From: Tagaea sp.
GTDB taxonomy: Bacteria; Pseudomonadota; Alphaproteobacteria; CACIAM-22H2
Reading direction: 5' to 3'
Length of the DNA: 64,000 nt
Assembly: GCA_965279525.1 (NCBI GenBank)
Contig: CBDIIB010000003.1
Location: forward strand, 32,001-96,000
Shown here in pieces: positions 1-7,953 of the stretch. Under the pieces are notes generated by a model that made no database searches, was not told the DNA's origin, and was given only the letters and a program-made list of their open reading frames with translations. The first letter of the stretch is position 1. Every line of letters begins with the position of its first letter. The position numbers were made by a program, and so were the translations under genes.

Positions 1-1450
1 TGATCGGCGCATGGACGCCCGCAAGGATGCGTGCGGGTCCGGCCCCCAGGCTCAGTGCCGCCTCGTCCATCGAGCGCGTGATCTTGCCGATGCCCGCCTC
101 GACGGGCCCGAAGCCGACGGCGAGAAACCGCACGGCATAGGCATAGAGAAGCGCCACGATCGAGCCTGAAAATATGAGACCGGTCGACAGGCCGAAATTC
201 GCGCGCATGAAGCCGTCGACCGCGTTGTCGACGAAGGCCAGCGGCAGCAGCACGCCGACGGCGATCACCGATCCCGGTATGGCGTAGCCCATCGTCGCCA
301 GTCGCACGGCCATGTGGACCGAACGGTGTGCGGTCAGGCGCTGGGCATAGGCGAGTCCGATCGCGAGCATGACCGTCGCGACGGCAGCGCTCGAGGCGAG
401 TGCGAACGAATTGCGTGCGTACTCGAGAAAGCGCCAGCCGAAGAACGGGTCGCCGACGGTCAGGCTCATATGCAGCAGGATCGCGGCGGGCACCGCGAAG
501 CCGAGCAGGATCGGCAGGGCGCAAAGCGTGCCGGCGGCAAGTGCGGCACCCCCGCGCAGTTCCAGTTTCGCAATTGGCCGGTAGCGGCGGGATGTGTGGT
601 GATAGCGCGCTTCGCCGCGCGAATGGCGCTCGAGCCAGATCAGCAGCAGCACGAACCCGAGCAGGGCGGTGGCGAGCTGGGCGGCCGCCACGCGGTTGTC
701 CATGCCGAACCAGGTCCGGTAGATCGCCGTCGTGAACGTGTCGACGCCGAAATACTGCACCGTGCCGAAATCGGCGAGCGCTTCCATCAGCGCCAGCGCC
801 ACGCCGGCCGCGATCGCCGGGCGTGCCAGAGGCAGACCCACGCGTGCGAAGGCGCCCCATGCGCCGCGCCCGAGCATGCGGCTTGCCTCAAGCACGCAGA
901 CTGACTGTTCGAGGAACGCCGCGCGCGCGAGAAGATAGACGTAAGGATAGAGCACGAGCACCAGCATCGCGACGGCGCCGCCGAGCGACTGGATGTCGGG
1001 AAACCAGTAGTCGCCCCGCCGCCAGCCGAAGGCTTCGCGCAGGGTCGTCTGCAGCGGACCGGCGAACTGCAGGAAATCGGTGTAGGCGTAGCCGATGATG
1101 TAGGCCGGCATCGCCATCGGCAGCAGCAGGCCAAGCTCGAGGATCCGGCTGCCCCTGAACCGGCACATCGTGACGAACCACGCGCACGCCACGCCGATCG
1201 CCAGCGTGCCGGCCCCCACGCCGGCAAGCAGCAGGATCGTGTTGGCAAGGATGTCGGGCAGCGTCGTCGACCACAGATGCGCCCAGGCACCGCGCGCGGG
1301 CAGCAGCAGGTTCGCCGCCACGGCGCCAAGCGGCAGCAGCACGGCGCCGGCCGCGGCAAGCGCCAGATAGGCGACAGCCGGCAGACGGCGCGTGGCGCGC
1401 ATCGGTGCAAGAGGCGGCTGGGGTGTCGTGGATACGAGCGTGTCGGTCAC
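1..1450 (-). CDS. fbpB: Fe3+ ABC transporter permease (3' end runs off window)
   Basis: Manual translation from GTG at 1450: ...WAHLWSTTLPDILANTILLLAGVG...LLLPMAMPAYIIGYAYTDFLQFAGPLQ...; FbpB/SfuB-type permease motifs. Not in the ORF track because it is truncated. Confidence 0.85.
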   Translation of the reverse strand, partial: MTDTLVSTTPQPPLAPMRATRRLPAVAYLALAAAGAVLLPLGAVAANLLLPARGAWAHLWSTTLPDILANTILLLAGVGAGTLAIGVACAWFVTMCRFRGSRILELGLLLPMAMPAYIIGYAYTDFLQFAGPLQTTLREAFGWRRGDYWFPDIQSLGGAVAMLVLVLYPYVYLLARAAFLEQSVCVLEASRMLGRGAWGAFARVGLPLARPAIAAGVALALMEALADFGTVQYFGVDTFTTAIYRTWFGMDNRVAAAQLATALLGFVLLLIWLERHSRGEARYHHTSRRYRPIAKLELRGGAALAAGTLCALPILLGFAVPAAILLHMSLTVGDPFFGWRFLEYARNSFALASSAAVATVMLAIGLAYAQRLTAHRSVHMAVRLATMGYAIPGSVIAVGVLLPLAFVDNAVDGFMRANFGLSTGLIFSGSIVALLYAYAVRFLAVGFGPVEAGIGKITRSMDEAALSLGAGPARILAGVHAPI

Positions 1451-1466
1451 AGCGGACTGGCCAAAA

Positions 1467-1483
1467 TTGAGAACGCTTCTCAA
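1467..1483. promoter_or_regulatory. Iron-regulator box (Fur/Irr-ICE-like palindrome)
   Basis: TTGAGAA-CGC-TTCTCAA, perfect 7-3-7 inverted repeat 16 bp upstream of the permease start; resembles the Irr ICE TTTAGAA-N3-TTCTAAA. Confidence 0.65.
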
Positions 1484-1519
1484 CCTAGGTCGAAATCCCG
1501 GGACGTGCAAATGCAGGGG

Positions 1520-1945
1520 CTAGGCGAAGCCGGCCGCGAATTTCAGGTTCTCCAGCACGCGCATGGCGACCTGGGAGCCGACATAGACGAGGAACGCGTC
1601 GGCCATTGCCTTGGCGTAGGCCGGGTCGACGGAGGTGTCGAAGCGGGCGATCGCGCCGAACAGGCGCGACATGCGGCCGGGATCGGGCGCCATAGTCACG
1701 GTGATGGTGGGCTGCAAATCGGCCTGCGGCTCGGGTGCGCGCCGCTGCTGGCGGGCCTGCACCCAGACTTCGGATATCCGGGTGCGCGGTGCGCCATAGA
1801 TGCCGCTCCAGTAGAACGCCTTGCGCTCGGCATCGGGCAGCTGGCGTTCGAGGGCGCGCGGCAGCCAGGCGTCGTAGAGCAGCGTCGCGACCAGATAGCG
1901 GCGCTCCCTCAACTCTCCTGTCTCTGCATAGCCGCTGGGGTACAT
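1520..1945 (-). CDS. Hypothetical protein (141 aa)
   Basis: ORF MYPSGYAETGELRERRYLV...; typical codon usage; preceded by an AT-rich promoter. Confidence 0.6.
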   Translation of the reverse strand: MYPSGYAETGELRERRYLVATLLYDAWLPRALERQLPDAERKAFYWSGIYGAPRTRISEVWVQARQQRRAPEPQADLQPTITVTMAPDPGRMSRLFGAIARFDTSVDPAYAKAMADAFLVYVGSQVAMRVLENLKFAAGFA

Positions 1946-1972
1946 GATTCCCACCAAAACAAAATGTAATTT

Positions 1973-2001
1973 ATTAAAATACAAGATAAATACGAAGTCA
2001 A
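1973..2001 (-). promoter_or_regulatory. Sigma70-like promoter
   Basis: Minus strand TTGACT-N17-TTTAAT in an AT-rich patch upstream of the 1945 ORF. Confidence 0.55.
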
Positions 2002-2030
2002 TTCCGAAGTAACGGACGCTCCGATTCAGA

Positions 2031-2228
2031 TCAGTGCGGGTCGGGGCGGAATCGGGCCGGGTTCAGCAGGACCGGGCAGGCGACAACCCGGACGATCTCC
2101 GGGTCATAAAGGGCGCGAAGCCGCGCATGCGGCACTGTAAAGCCCTCGCGCAACACCGCCTCGACGACCCAGGAATAGAGCTCCTGGCTGACGAATCGCT
2201 GCCCCGGCCGGATCGATTCAACATCCAT
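2031..2228 (-). CDS. Small hypothetical protein (65 aa)
   Basis: ORF MDVESIRPGQRFVSQELYSWVVEAVL...; TAGTAT-N7-ATG upstream. Confidence 0.5.
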   Translation of the reverse strand: MDVESIRPGQRFVSQELYSWVVEAVLREGFTVPHARLRALYDPEIVRVVACPVLLNPARFRPDPH

Positions 2229-2301
2229 GGCGCAAATACTACGCCAGACCAGCGGCTTGCGCCAAGTGGCGCCCGGACCGCCCAGCACCTATGATCGCGG
2301 G

Positions 2302-2751
2302 ATGCGGCTTTTCGCCATCCTCGTCGTGTGCCTTGCCCTCTTGGCCCCGCCTGCAGTGGCGCAGGACCCCTCGCGGACCAACGAGCGCCATCTGAACCGC
2401 AAGTTCGATGCGGTCGGTCCGACCCCGGCGATCGCCCGGCCGGTTCCGGCACCGCCGCCCGAACGGCCGGTCTATCTGCGCACGTCCAAGCCGTTGAACG
2501 AGATCGCCGAGCTCGACAAGAAGGCGTCGGCCGCCTGCCGCGTCCATGATTTCGGCCAGTTCGAGCAGCATCGCGGCCGGGCGCTTGTCGCGGGGCGCGT
2601 CTATGGCGCTGCCGCCGCCGGCAGCGACCTGCTTGCCGACCACCCGAAACTCGCGGCACGGCCTCCGGCGGTCTATGTCTTCGAGCATCAGGGAATGACG
2701 GCGTGCCGCGTCTGGCGCGTCAAGCCGGCGGCCTTGCGCGCGCCCAACTAG
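2302..2751 (+). CDS. Secreted hypothetical protein
   Basis: MRLFAILVVCLALLAPPAVA-Q Sec-type signal peptide; TATGAT-N6-ATG upstream. Confidence 0.65.
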   Translation: MRLFAILVVCLALLAPPAVAQDPSRTNERHLNRKFDAVGPTPAIARPVPAPPPERPVYLRTSKPLNEIAELDKKASAACRVHDFGQFEQHRGRALVAGRVYGAAAAGSDLLADHPKLAARPPAVYVFEHQGMTACRVWRVKPAALRAPN

Positions 2752-2806
2752 GCGGCAGCCCGGCTAGGCGGCAGCCCGGCTAGGCGGCAGCCCGGCTAGG
2801 CGGCAG
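2748..2806. repeat. 16-bp tandem repeat (CTAGGCGGCAGCCCGG x3.7)
   Basis: Exact units at 2748, 2764 and 2780, partial unit at 2796. Confidence 0.95.
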
Positions 2807-3095
2807 GAGGTGCGGGCGGCTTGGCCTGGAGATCGCCGAAGATCTTGGTGATGACGTCCTCGAGGCTCTTCTTTTCCTCGTCCTTCAGCTTGATGCCCTC
2901 GTCGATGAAATCGACATTGGCAACCATCTGCCGGATCGCGGCGGCGAGGTAGATGTCCATGATCTCGCGGATCGCGTGGAAGGCCTTGCAGTTGACCGAG
3001 TCCATGCGGGAATCGAAAATCGCCGTGATGGTGCCGCACCGGTTGAGGGTGTTCTGGAGTTCGAGTCGCCGTTTCTCGTCCATTCCATCGGCCAT
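2796..3095 (-). CDS. Hypothetical protein (99 aa)
   Basis: Helical-looking ORF MADGMDEKRRLELQNTLNRCG... with strong GC3 bias. Confidence 0.7.
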   Translation of the reverse strand: MADGMDEKRRLELQNTLNRCGTITAIFDSRMDSVNCKAFHAIREIMDIYLAAAIRQMVANVDFIDEGIKLKDEEKKSLEDVITKIFGDLQAKPPAPPAA

Positions 3096-3133
3096 GAAAC
3101 GTATTTAGGCGCGGTTCGGCTTGCTGGCAACCC

Positions 3134-4357
3134 TTAACCGACGCGCTCCGCCGCGTGTGCCGCTTCCGCTTGCATGGCGCGCACGGCCATCGCGTGCAGG
3201 GCCATCGAGGCGACGCCGCAGGCCAGCATCATCACGGCGAGCGGACGCATCGTGTCGTCCTGCAGGTGCCCCATGGCGAAGGTGGCGACGGCGCCAAGCG
3301 ACATCTGGACGAAACCCAGCAGCCCCGACGCCGATCCCGCCAGCCGCGGATTGACGCTGATGGCCCCTGCGATGAGGTTGGGCTGCGACAGGCCGTGGCA
3401 GAAGCCGAGCACGAAGATCGGCACGAAGAGCGCCCAGACCTGGAGCTCGAAGAAGAAGGCCCAGACGACGCCGAAAACGAGCCCCGGGAATGTCAGCAGG
3501 TTGCCGAGCCGCGCCATGCGGTCGAGCCCGATGCGCTGGGAATAGCGCCCGGTGGCGAAGTTGCCGAGGAGGTAGCCGAGCGCGCAGCCCGCGAACCAGA
3601 ACCCGTATTCGGACGGCGGCCGGTCGAGCACGCCGACCATGAGGTAGGGGGCCGCGACAAGGAAGCTGAAGAACGACATCGTGTTGAACGTCGTGGCCAG
3701 CGTGTAGCCGACGAAGGCGGGGCTGCGGGCAAGCGATGTCCAGCCGCGCGCGAGCTGTCCCAGTTCGACGCTGGCGATCCGGTAGCGATTGGTCTCCGGG
3801 CAGCGCAGGGCAGCCGCGACGGTGACGATCGCGACGAAGGCGAGGATGACCGCGAAGCTCGCCCGCCAGGTAAACTGCTCGTCGAGAAGGCCGCCGATCG
3901 AGGGTGCCACCATCGGCATCAGCGACATGCCCATGGTCACGTAGGCAAGCTCGCTGGCGGCACGGTCGCGCGAATGCAGGTCGCGCACGATCGCGCGCGC
4001 GAGCACGAGCCCGGCGCACGAGCCGAATGCCTGGGCGAAGCGACCGGCAAGCAGCGCTTCCATCGACGGCGCGAACAGGCAGGCAAGGCTGCCGGCGAGG
4101 CCGATCACCAGCCCGACGATCAGGACCGGGCGGCGGCCGTAGCGGTCCGAAAACGGACCATAGACGAGCTGGCCGAGTGCCACGCCCACCAGGAACAGCG
4201 TCAGGGCGAGCTGGGCGGTCCCGTAGCTTGCCCCGAACGAGTCCGCCAGGCGCGGTAGCGAGGGAATGAAGACGTTGAGCGCGAACGGCCCGCAGCTGCT
4301 GATGCCGACGAGCAGCCAGAGGGGCGGACGCGCGAGCGGGGGCGAGGGTTCCTGCAC
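3134..4357 (-). CDS. Bcr/CflA family MFS drug-resistance transporter
   Basis: GQLVYGPFSDRYGRRPVL (MFS motif A), ARAIVRD, about 12 TM segments. Confidence 0.9.
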   Translation of the reverse strand: MQEPSPPLARPPLWLLVGISSCGPFALNVFIPSLPRLADSFGASYGTAQLALTLFLVGVALGQLVYGPFSDRYGRRPVLIVGLVIGLAGSLACLFAPSMEALLAGRFAQAFGSCAGLVLARAIVRDLHSRDRAASELAYVTMGMSLMPMVAPSIGGLLDEQFTWRASFAVILAFVAIVTVAAALRCPETNRYRIASVELGQLARGWTSLARSPAFVGYTLATTFNTMSFFSFLVAAPYLMVGVLDRPPSEYGFWFAGCALGYLLGNFATGRYSQRIGLDRMARLGNLLTFPGLVFGVVWAFFFELQVWALFVPIFVLGFCHGLSQPNLIAGAISVNPRLAGSASGLLGFVQMSLGAVATFAMGHLQDDTMRPLAVMMLACGVASMALHAMAVRAMQAEAAHAAERVG

Positions 4358-4516
4358 GATCAGGGCAATCTAGCCGGGTGGCGCGGCCATTGCACGGCGC
4401 AAGCGCCGGTTTGCATGCGCCTTGCAGGCAGGGCCGGTACACTTGCAACGCATGGCGATACGGCGCACCTTGCGCCGCATCCGTCTCCCCCTTTTTTCGC
4501 GACAGTCGGCACGCTC

Positions 4517-7500
4517 ATGACCCTGCACGTGGCATTGCACCACCGGACCGCCTACAGCTACGACCGGCTGATCAATCTCGGGCCGCAGATCGTGCGGCTG
4601 CGCCCGGCCCCGCATTCGCGGACCCCGGTGCTGTCCTATTCGCTGAAGATCCAGCCCGAGCCCCATTTCCTGAACTGGCAGCAGGACCCGCAGGGCAACT
4701 GGCTGGCCCGGCTCGTGTTCCCCGAGAAGACCGACCGGTTCACGGTCGATGTCGATCTCGTCGCGGACATGGCGATCGTCAATCCGTTCGATTTCTTCCT
4801 CGAGCCCTATGCCGAGAAGTTCCCCTTCAAGTACGAGGAGGGCCTGCTCGAGGATCTCGCACCCTTCATGAAGCCCGAGAAGGCGGGGCCGCTGCTGGCC
4901 AAGTGGCTCGCGAAGGTTCCCAAGTCCCACGAGCGCACGATCGACTTCCTCGTCGGCCTCAACCAGCGCCTGCAGAAGGACATCGGCTACATCATCCGGC
5001 TCGAGCCGGGCGTGCAGGCTTTCGAGCAGACGCTGTCGCTGGGCAAGGGCTCATGCCGAGACACCGGCTGGCTGCTCGTCCAGATCCTGCGCCATCTCGG
5101 GTTCGCCGCACGCTTCGTGTCGGGCTACCTGATCCAGCTCGTCGCCGACCAGAAGGCGCTCGACGGCCCGTCGGGCACCGAGATCGACTTCACCGACCTG
5201 CACGCGTGGACGGAAGTGTACCTTCCCGGTGCCGGCTGGATCGGCTTCGATCCCACGTCGGGCCTGATGACGGGCGAGGGACACATCCCGCTCGCCGCCA
5301 CGCCCGCACCGTCTTCGGCCGCACCCGTGGAAGGCCTCATCGAGAAGTGCGAAGTCACGTTCATCCACGAGATGAAGGTCACGCGCGTGGCCGAGAGTGC
5401 GCGCGTCACCAAGCCCTATACCGAAGAGACGTGGGAGAAGATCGAAGCGCTCGGCCACACGGTCGACGGCCACCTCGCGCGCGGCGACGTGCGCCTGACG
5501 ATGGGCGGCGAACCCACCTTCGTGTCGATCGACGACATGGACGGGCCGGAATGGAACACGGCCGCCCTCGGGCCCACCAAGCGCCGGCTGGCCGGCAATC
5601 TGCTGAAGCGTCTGCAGCGGCTCTGGTCGCCGGGCGCACTCCTCCATTACGGGCAGGGCAAGTGGTATCCGGGCGAGCAGCTGCCGCGCTGGGCGCTGGG
5701 CTGCTTCTGGCGCAAGGACGGCGAGCCGATCTGGCGCGACCCCGCCCTCATCGCCGACGACACGCTCAAGTCCAACGTCAACTACGAGCATGCCGAACGC
5801 TTCGCGCAGCGCCTGTGCGAGCGCCTCGGCATTCCCGACCAGTTCGCCCAGCGCGCCTACGAGGACGCCTGGTATTACCTGTGGCGCGAGCAGCGCCTGC
5901 CGATGAACGTCGATCCGCTGAAGTCGAACCTGAAGGATCCCGAAGAACGCGCGCGCCTGTCGCGCATCTTCGAGAAGGGCCTCGACGAGCCGGTCGGCGT
6001 GGCCCTGCCGATCCATCGCGGCTGGCAGGGCGGGGCGCGCAAATGGACCAGCGGCTTCTGGTTCGTGCGCCCGCAGCACATGTTCCTGATCCCCGGCGAT
6101 TCGCCGATGGGCTACCGCCTGCCGCTCGACAGCGTGCCGTGGGTTGCCCCGGCCGACTATCCCTACCACTGGGAGCGCGACCCGTTCGAGCCGCTGCCGC
6201 CGCTTCCCGCGCGCGACCGGCGCGAGCGTTCGCTCGCCGTGTCGGGCAACGTGCCGCGCACCGGCTTCGCGCATCAGGGTGCGATGGCGACCGGCCCCGG
6301 CGGGCGGCCGATGGCGGACCGTTCGGCGGGCGACCGCAAGCTGGTCGAGGAGCTGCGCCGGCGCGAGCGCGGCACGGTCAAGCCGCAGAGCTCGGCCTCG
6401 TGGGTCGTGCGCACGGCGATGTGCATCGAGCCGCGCGACGGCCTGTTGCACGTCTTCATGCCGCCCTGCCCGACGGTGGAGGATTATCTCGATCTGATCA
6501 CGAGCATCGAGGACACGGCCGCCGATCTCGGCCAGCCGGTGCTGATCGAGGGTTACGCGCCGCCGTCCGATCCGCGCATCGAGAGCTTCTCGGTGACGCC
6601 CGATCCCGGCGTGATCGAGGTCAACGTCCATCCCGCGCACACCTGGAGCGAGATCGTCGAGCGCACGACGACGCTCTATGAAGAAGCGCGCCAGACGCGC
6701 CTCGGCAGCGAGAAATTCATGGTCGACGGCCGCCATGTCGGGACCGGCGGCGGCAACCATTTCGTGCTCGGCGGCTCGACGCCGGCGGAATCGCCGTGGC
6801 TGCGCCGGCCCGACCTGCTCGGCTCGATGCTGCGCTTCTGGCACAACCATCCGAGCCTTTCCTACCTGTTCTCGGGCCTGTTCATCGGGCCGACCTCGCA
6901 GCATCCGCGGGTCGACGAGGCGCGCGAAGACCAGGTCCACGAACTCGAACTCGCGTTGTCGCAGCTTCCGGCAAAGGACACGGCGGGCATCGCGCCGTGG
7001 ACCGTCGACCGGGTCCTGCGCAACGTGCTGGTCGATCTCACCGGCAACACGCACCGCACCGAGTTCTGCATCGACAAGCTCTATTCGCCCGACAATTCGG
7101 GCGGACGGCGCGGGCTGGTCGAGCTGCGCGCCTTCGAGATGCCGCCGCACGCGCGCATGAGCCTCGTCCAGCAGCTCCTGCTGCGCAGCCTCGTGTCGCA
7201 TTTCTGGGAGGAGCCCTACACGCACCGTCTCGTGCGCTGGGGCAACCGCGTCCACGACCGGTTCATGCTGCCGCATTTCGTGCGCGAGGACCTGTCCGAC
7301 GTGCTCGAGACACTGCGCGATGCGGGCTATGCCTTTGACGACCAGTGGTTCGATCCGCACTGCGAGTTCCGTTTCCCGAAGCTGGGTTCGGTCGCCTATC
7401 GCGGCGTGGACATCGAGCTGCGCCACGCGCTCGAACCCTGGCACGTGCTGGGCGAGGAAGCCGGGCCGGGCGGCACGGTGCGCTATGTCGACAGCTCGCT

Positions 7501-7912
7501 CGAACGCCTGCAGGTGCGCGTGCGCAACCTCGTCGATTCGCGCCACAAGATCGTCTGCAACGGCGTGAGCGTTCCGCTGCATCCGACCGGCACCGACGGC
7601 GAGTATGTCGCGGGCGTGCGATTCCGCGCGTGGAACCCGTCCTCGGCGCTGCATCCGACCGTCGGCGTGCATGCGCCGCTGGTGTTCGACCTTTACGACG
7701 GCTGGACCGGGCGCTCGGTCGGCGGGTGCACGTATCACGTGGCGCATCCCGGCGGGCGCAACTACGACAAGTTCCCGGTCAACGCCAACGAGGCCGAGGC
7801 ACGCCGGCGCGCGCGCTTCTTCGACATCGGCCACACGCCCGGCCGCATGACGCCGCGCGACCCCGCCCCGAACCCCGATTTCCCGCTGACCCTTGACCTG
7901 CGACGTGGCTAG
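4517..7912 (+). CDS. Transglutaminase-like protein fused to DUF2126 (putative amidoligase) domain
   Basis: N-terminal Bact_transglu_N (VALHHRTAYSYD), triad GSCRD / DLHAW / GFDPT, then RLTMGGEPTFVS, IEVN, GGGNH, HRTEFCIDK, VELRAFE. Confidence 0.9.
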   Translation: MTLHVALHHRTAYSYDRLINLGPQIVRLRPAPHSRTPVLSYSLKIQPEPHFLNWQQDPQGNWLARLVFPEKTDRFTVDVDLVADMAIVNPFDFFLEPYAEKFPFKYEEGLLEDLAPFMKPEKAGPLLAKWLAKVPKSHERTIDFLVGLNQRLQKDIGYIIRLEPGVQAFEQTLSLGKGSCRDTGWLLVQILRHLGFAARFVSGYLIQLVADQKALDGPSGTEIDFTDLHAWTEVYLPGAGWIGFDPTSGLMTGEGHIPLAATPAPSSAAPVEGLIEKCEVTFIHEMKVTRVAESARVTKPYTEETWEKIEALGHTVDGHLARGDVRLTMGGEPTFVSIDDMDGPEWNTAALGPTKRRLAGNLLKRLQRLWSPGALLHYGQGKWYPGEQLPRWALGCFWRKDGEPIWRDPALIADDTLKSNVNYEHAERFAQRLCERLGIPDQFAQRAYEDAWYYLWREQRLPMNVDPLKSNLKDPEERARLSRIFEKGLDEPVGVALPIHRGWQGGARKWTSGFWFVRPQHMFLIPGDSPMGYRLPLDSVPWVAPADYPYHWERDPFEPLPPLPARDRRERSLAVSGNVPRTGFAHQGAMATGPGGRPMADRSAGDRKLVEELRRRERGTVKPQSSASWVVRTAMCIEPRDGLLHVFMPPCPTVEDYLDLITSIEDTAADLGQPVLIEGYAPPSDPRIESFSVTPDPGVIEVNVHPAHTWSEIVERTTTLYEEARQTRLGSEKFMVDGRHVGTGGGNHFVLGGSTPAESPWLRRPDLLGSMLRFWHNHPSLSYLFSGLFIGPTSQHPRVDEAREDQVHELELALSQLPAKDTAGIAPWTVDRVLRNVLVDLTGNTHRTEFCIDKLYSPDNSGGRRGLVELRAFEMPPHARMSLVQQLLLRSLVSHFWEEPYTHRLVRWGNRVHDRFMLPHFVREDLSDVLETLRDAGYAFDDQWFDPHCEFRFPKLGSVAYRGVDIELRHALEPWHVLGEEAGPGGTVRYVDSSLERLQVRVRNLVDSRHKIVCNGVSVPLHPTGTDGEYVAGVRFRAWNPSSALHPTVGVHAPLVFDLYDGWTGRSVGGCTYHVAHPGGRNYDKFPVNANEAEARRRARFFDIGHTPGRMTPRDPAPNPDFPLTLDLRRG

Positions 7913-7953
7913 CCCGCAAGCTTGGCGATTGCCCTGACCAGCCCGAGGAGTCG

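Noticed and set aside
2748-2806. Possible CRISPR array
   Set aside because: Units are contiguous with no spacers and there are no cas genes; no CRISPR seen anywhere in the window.
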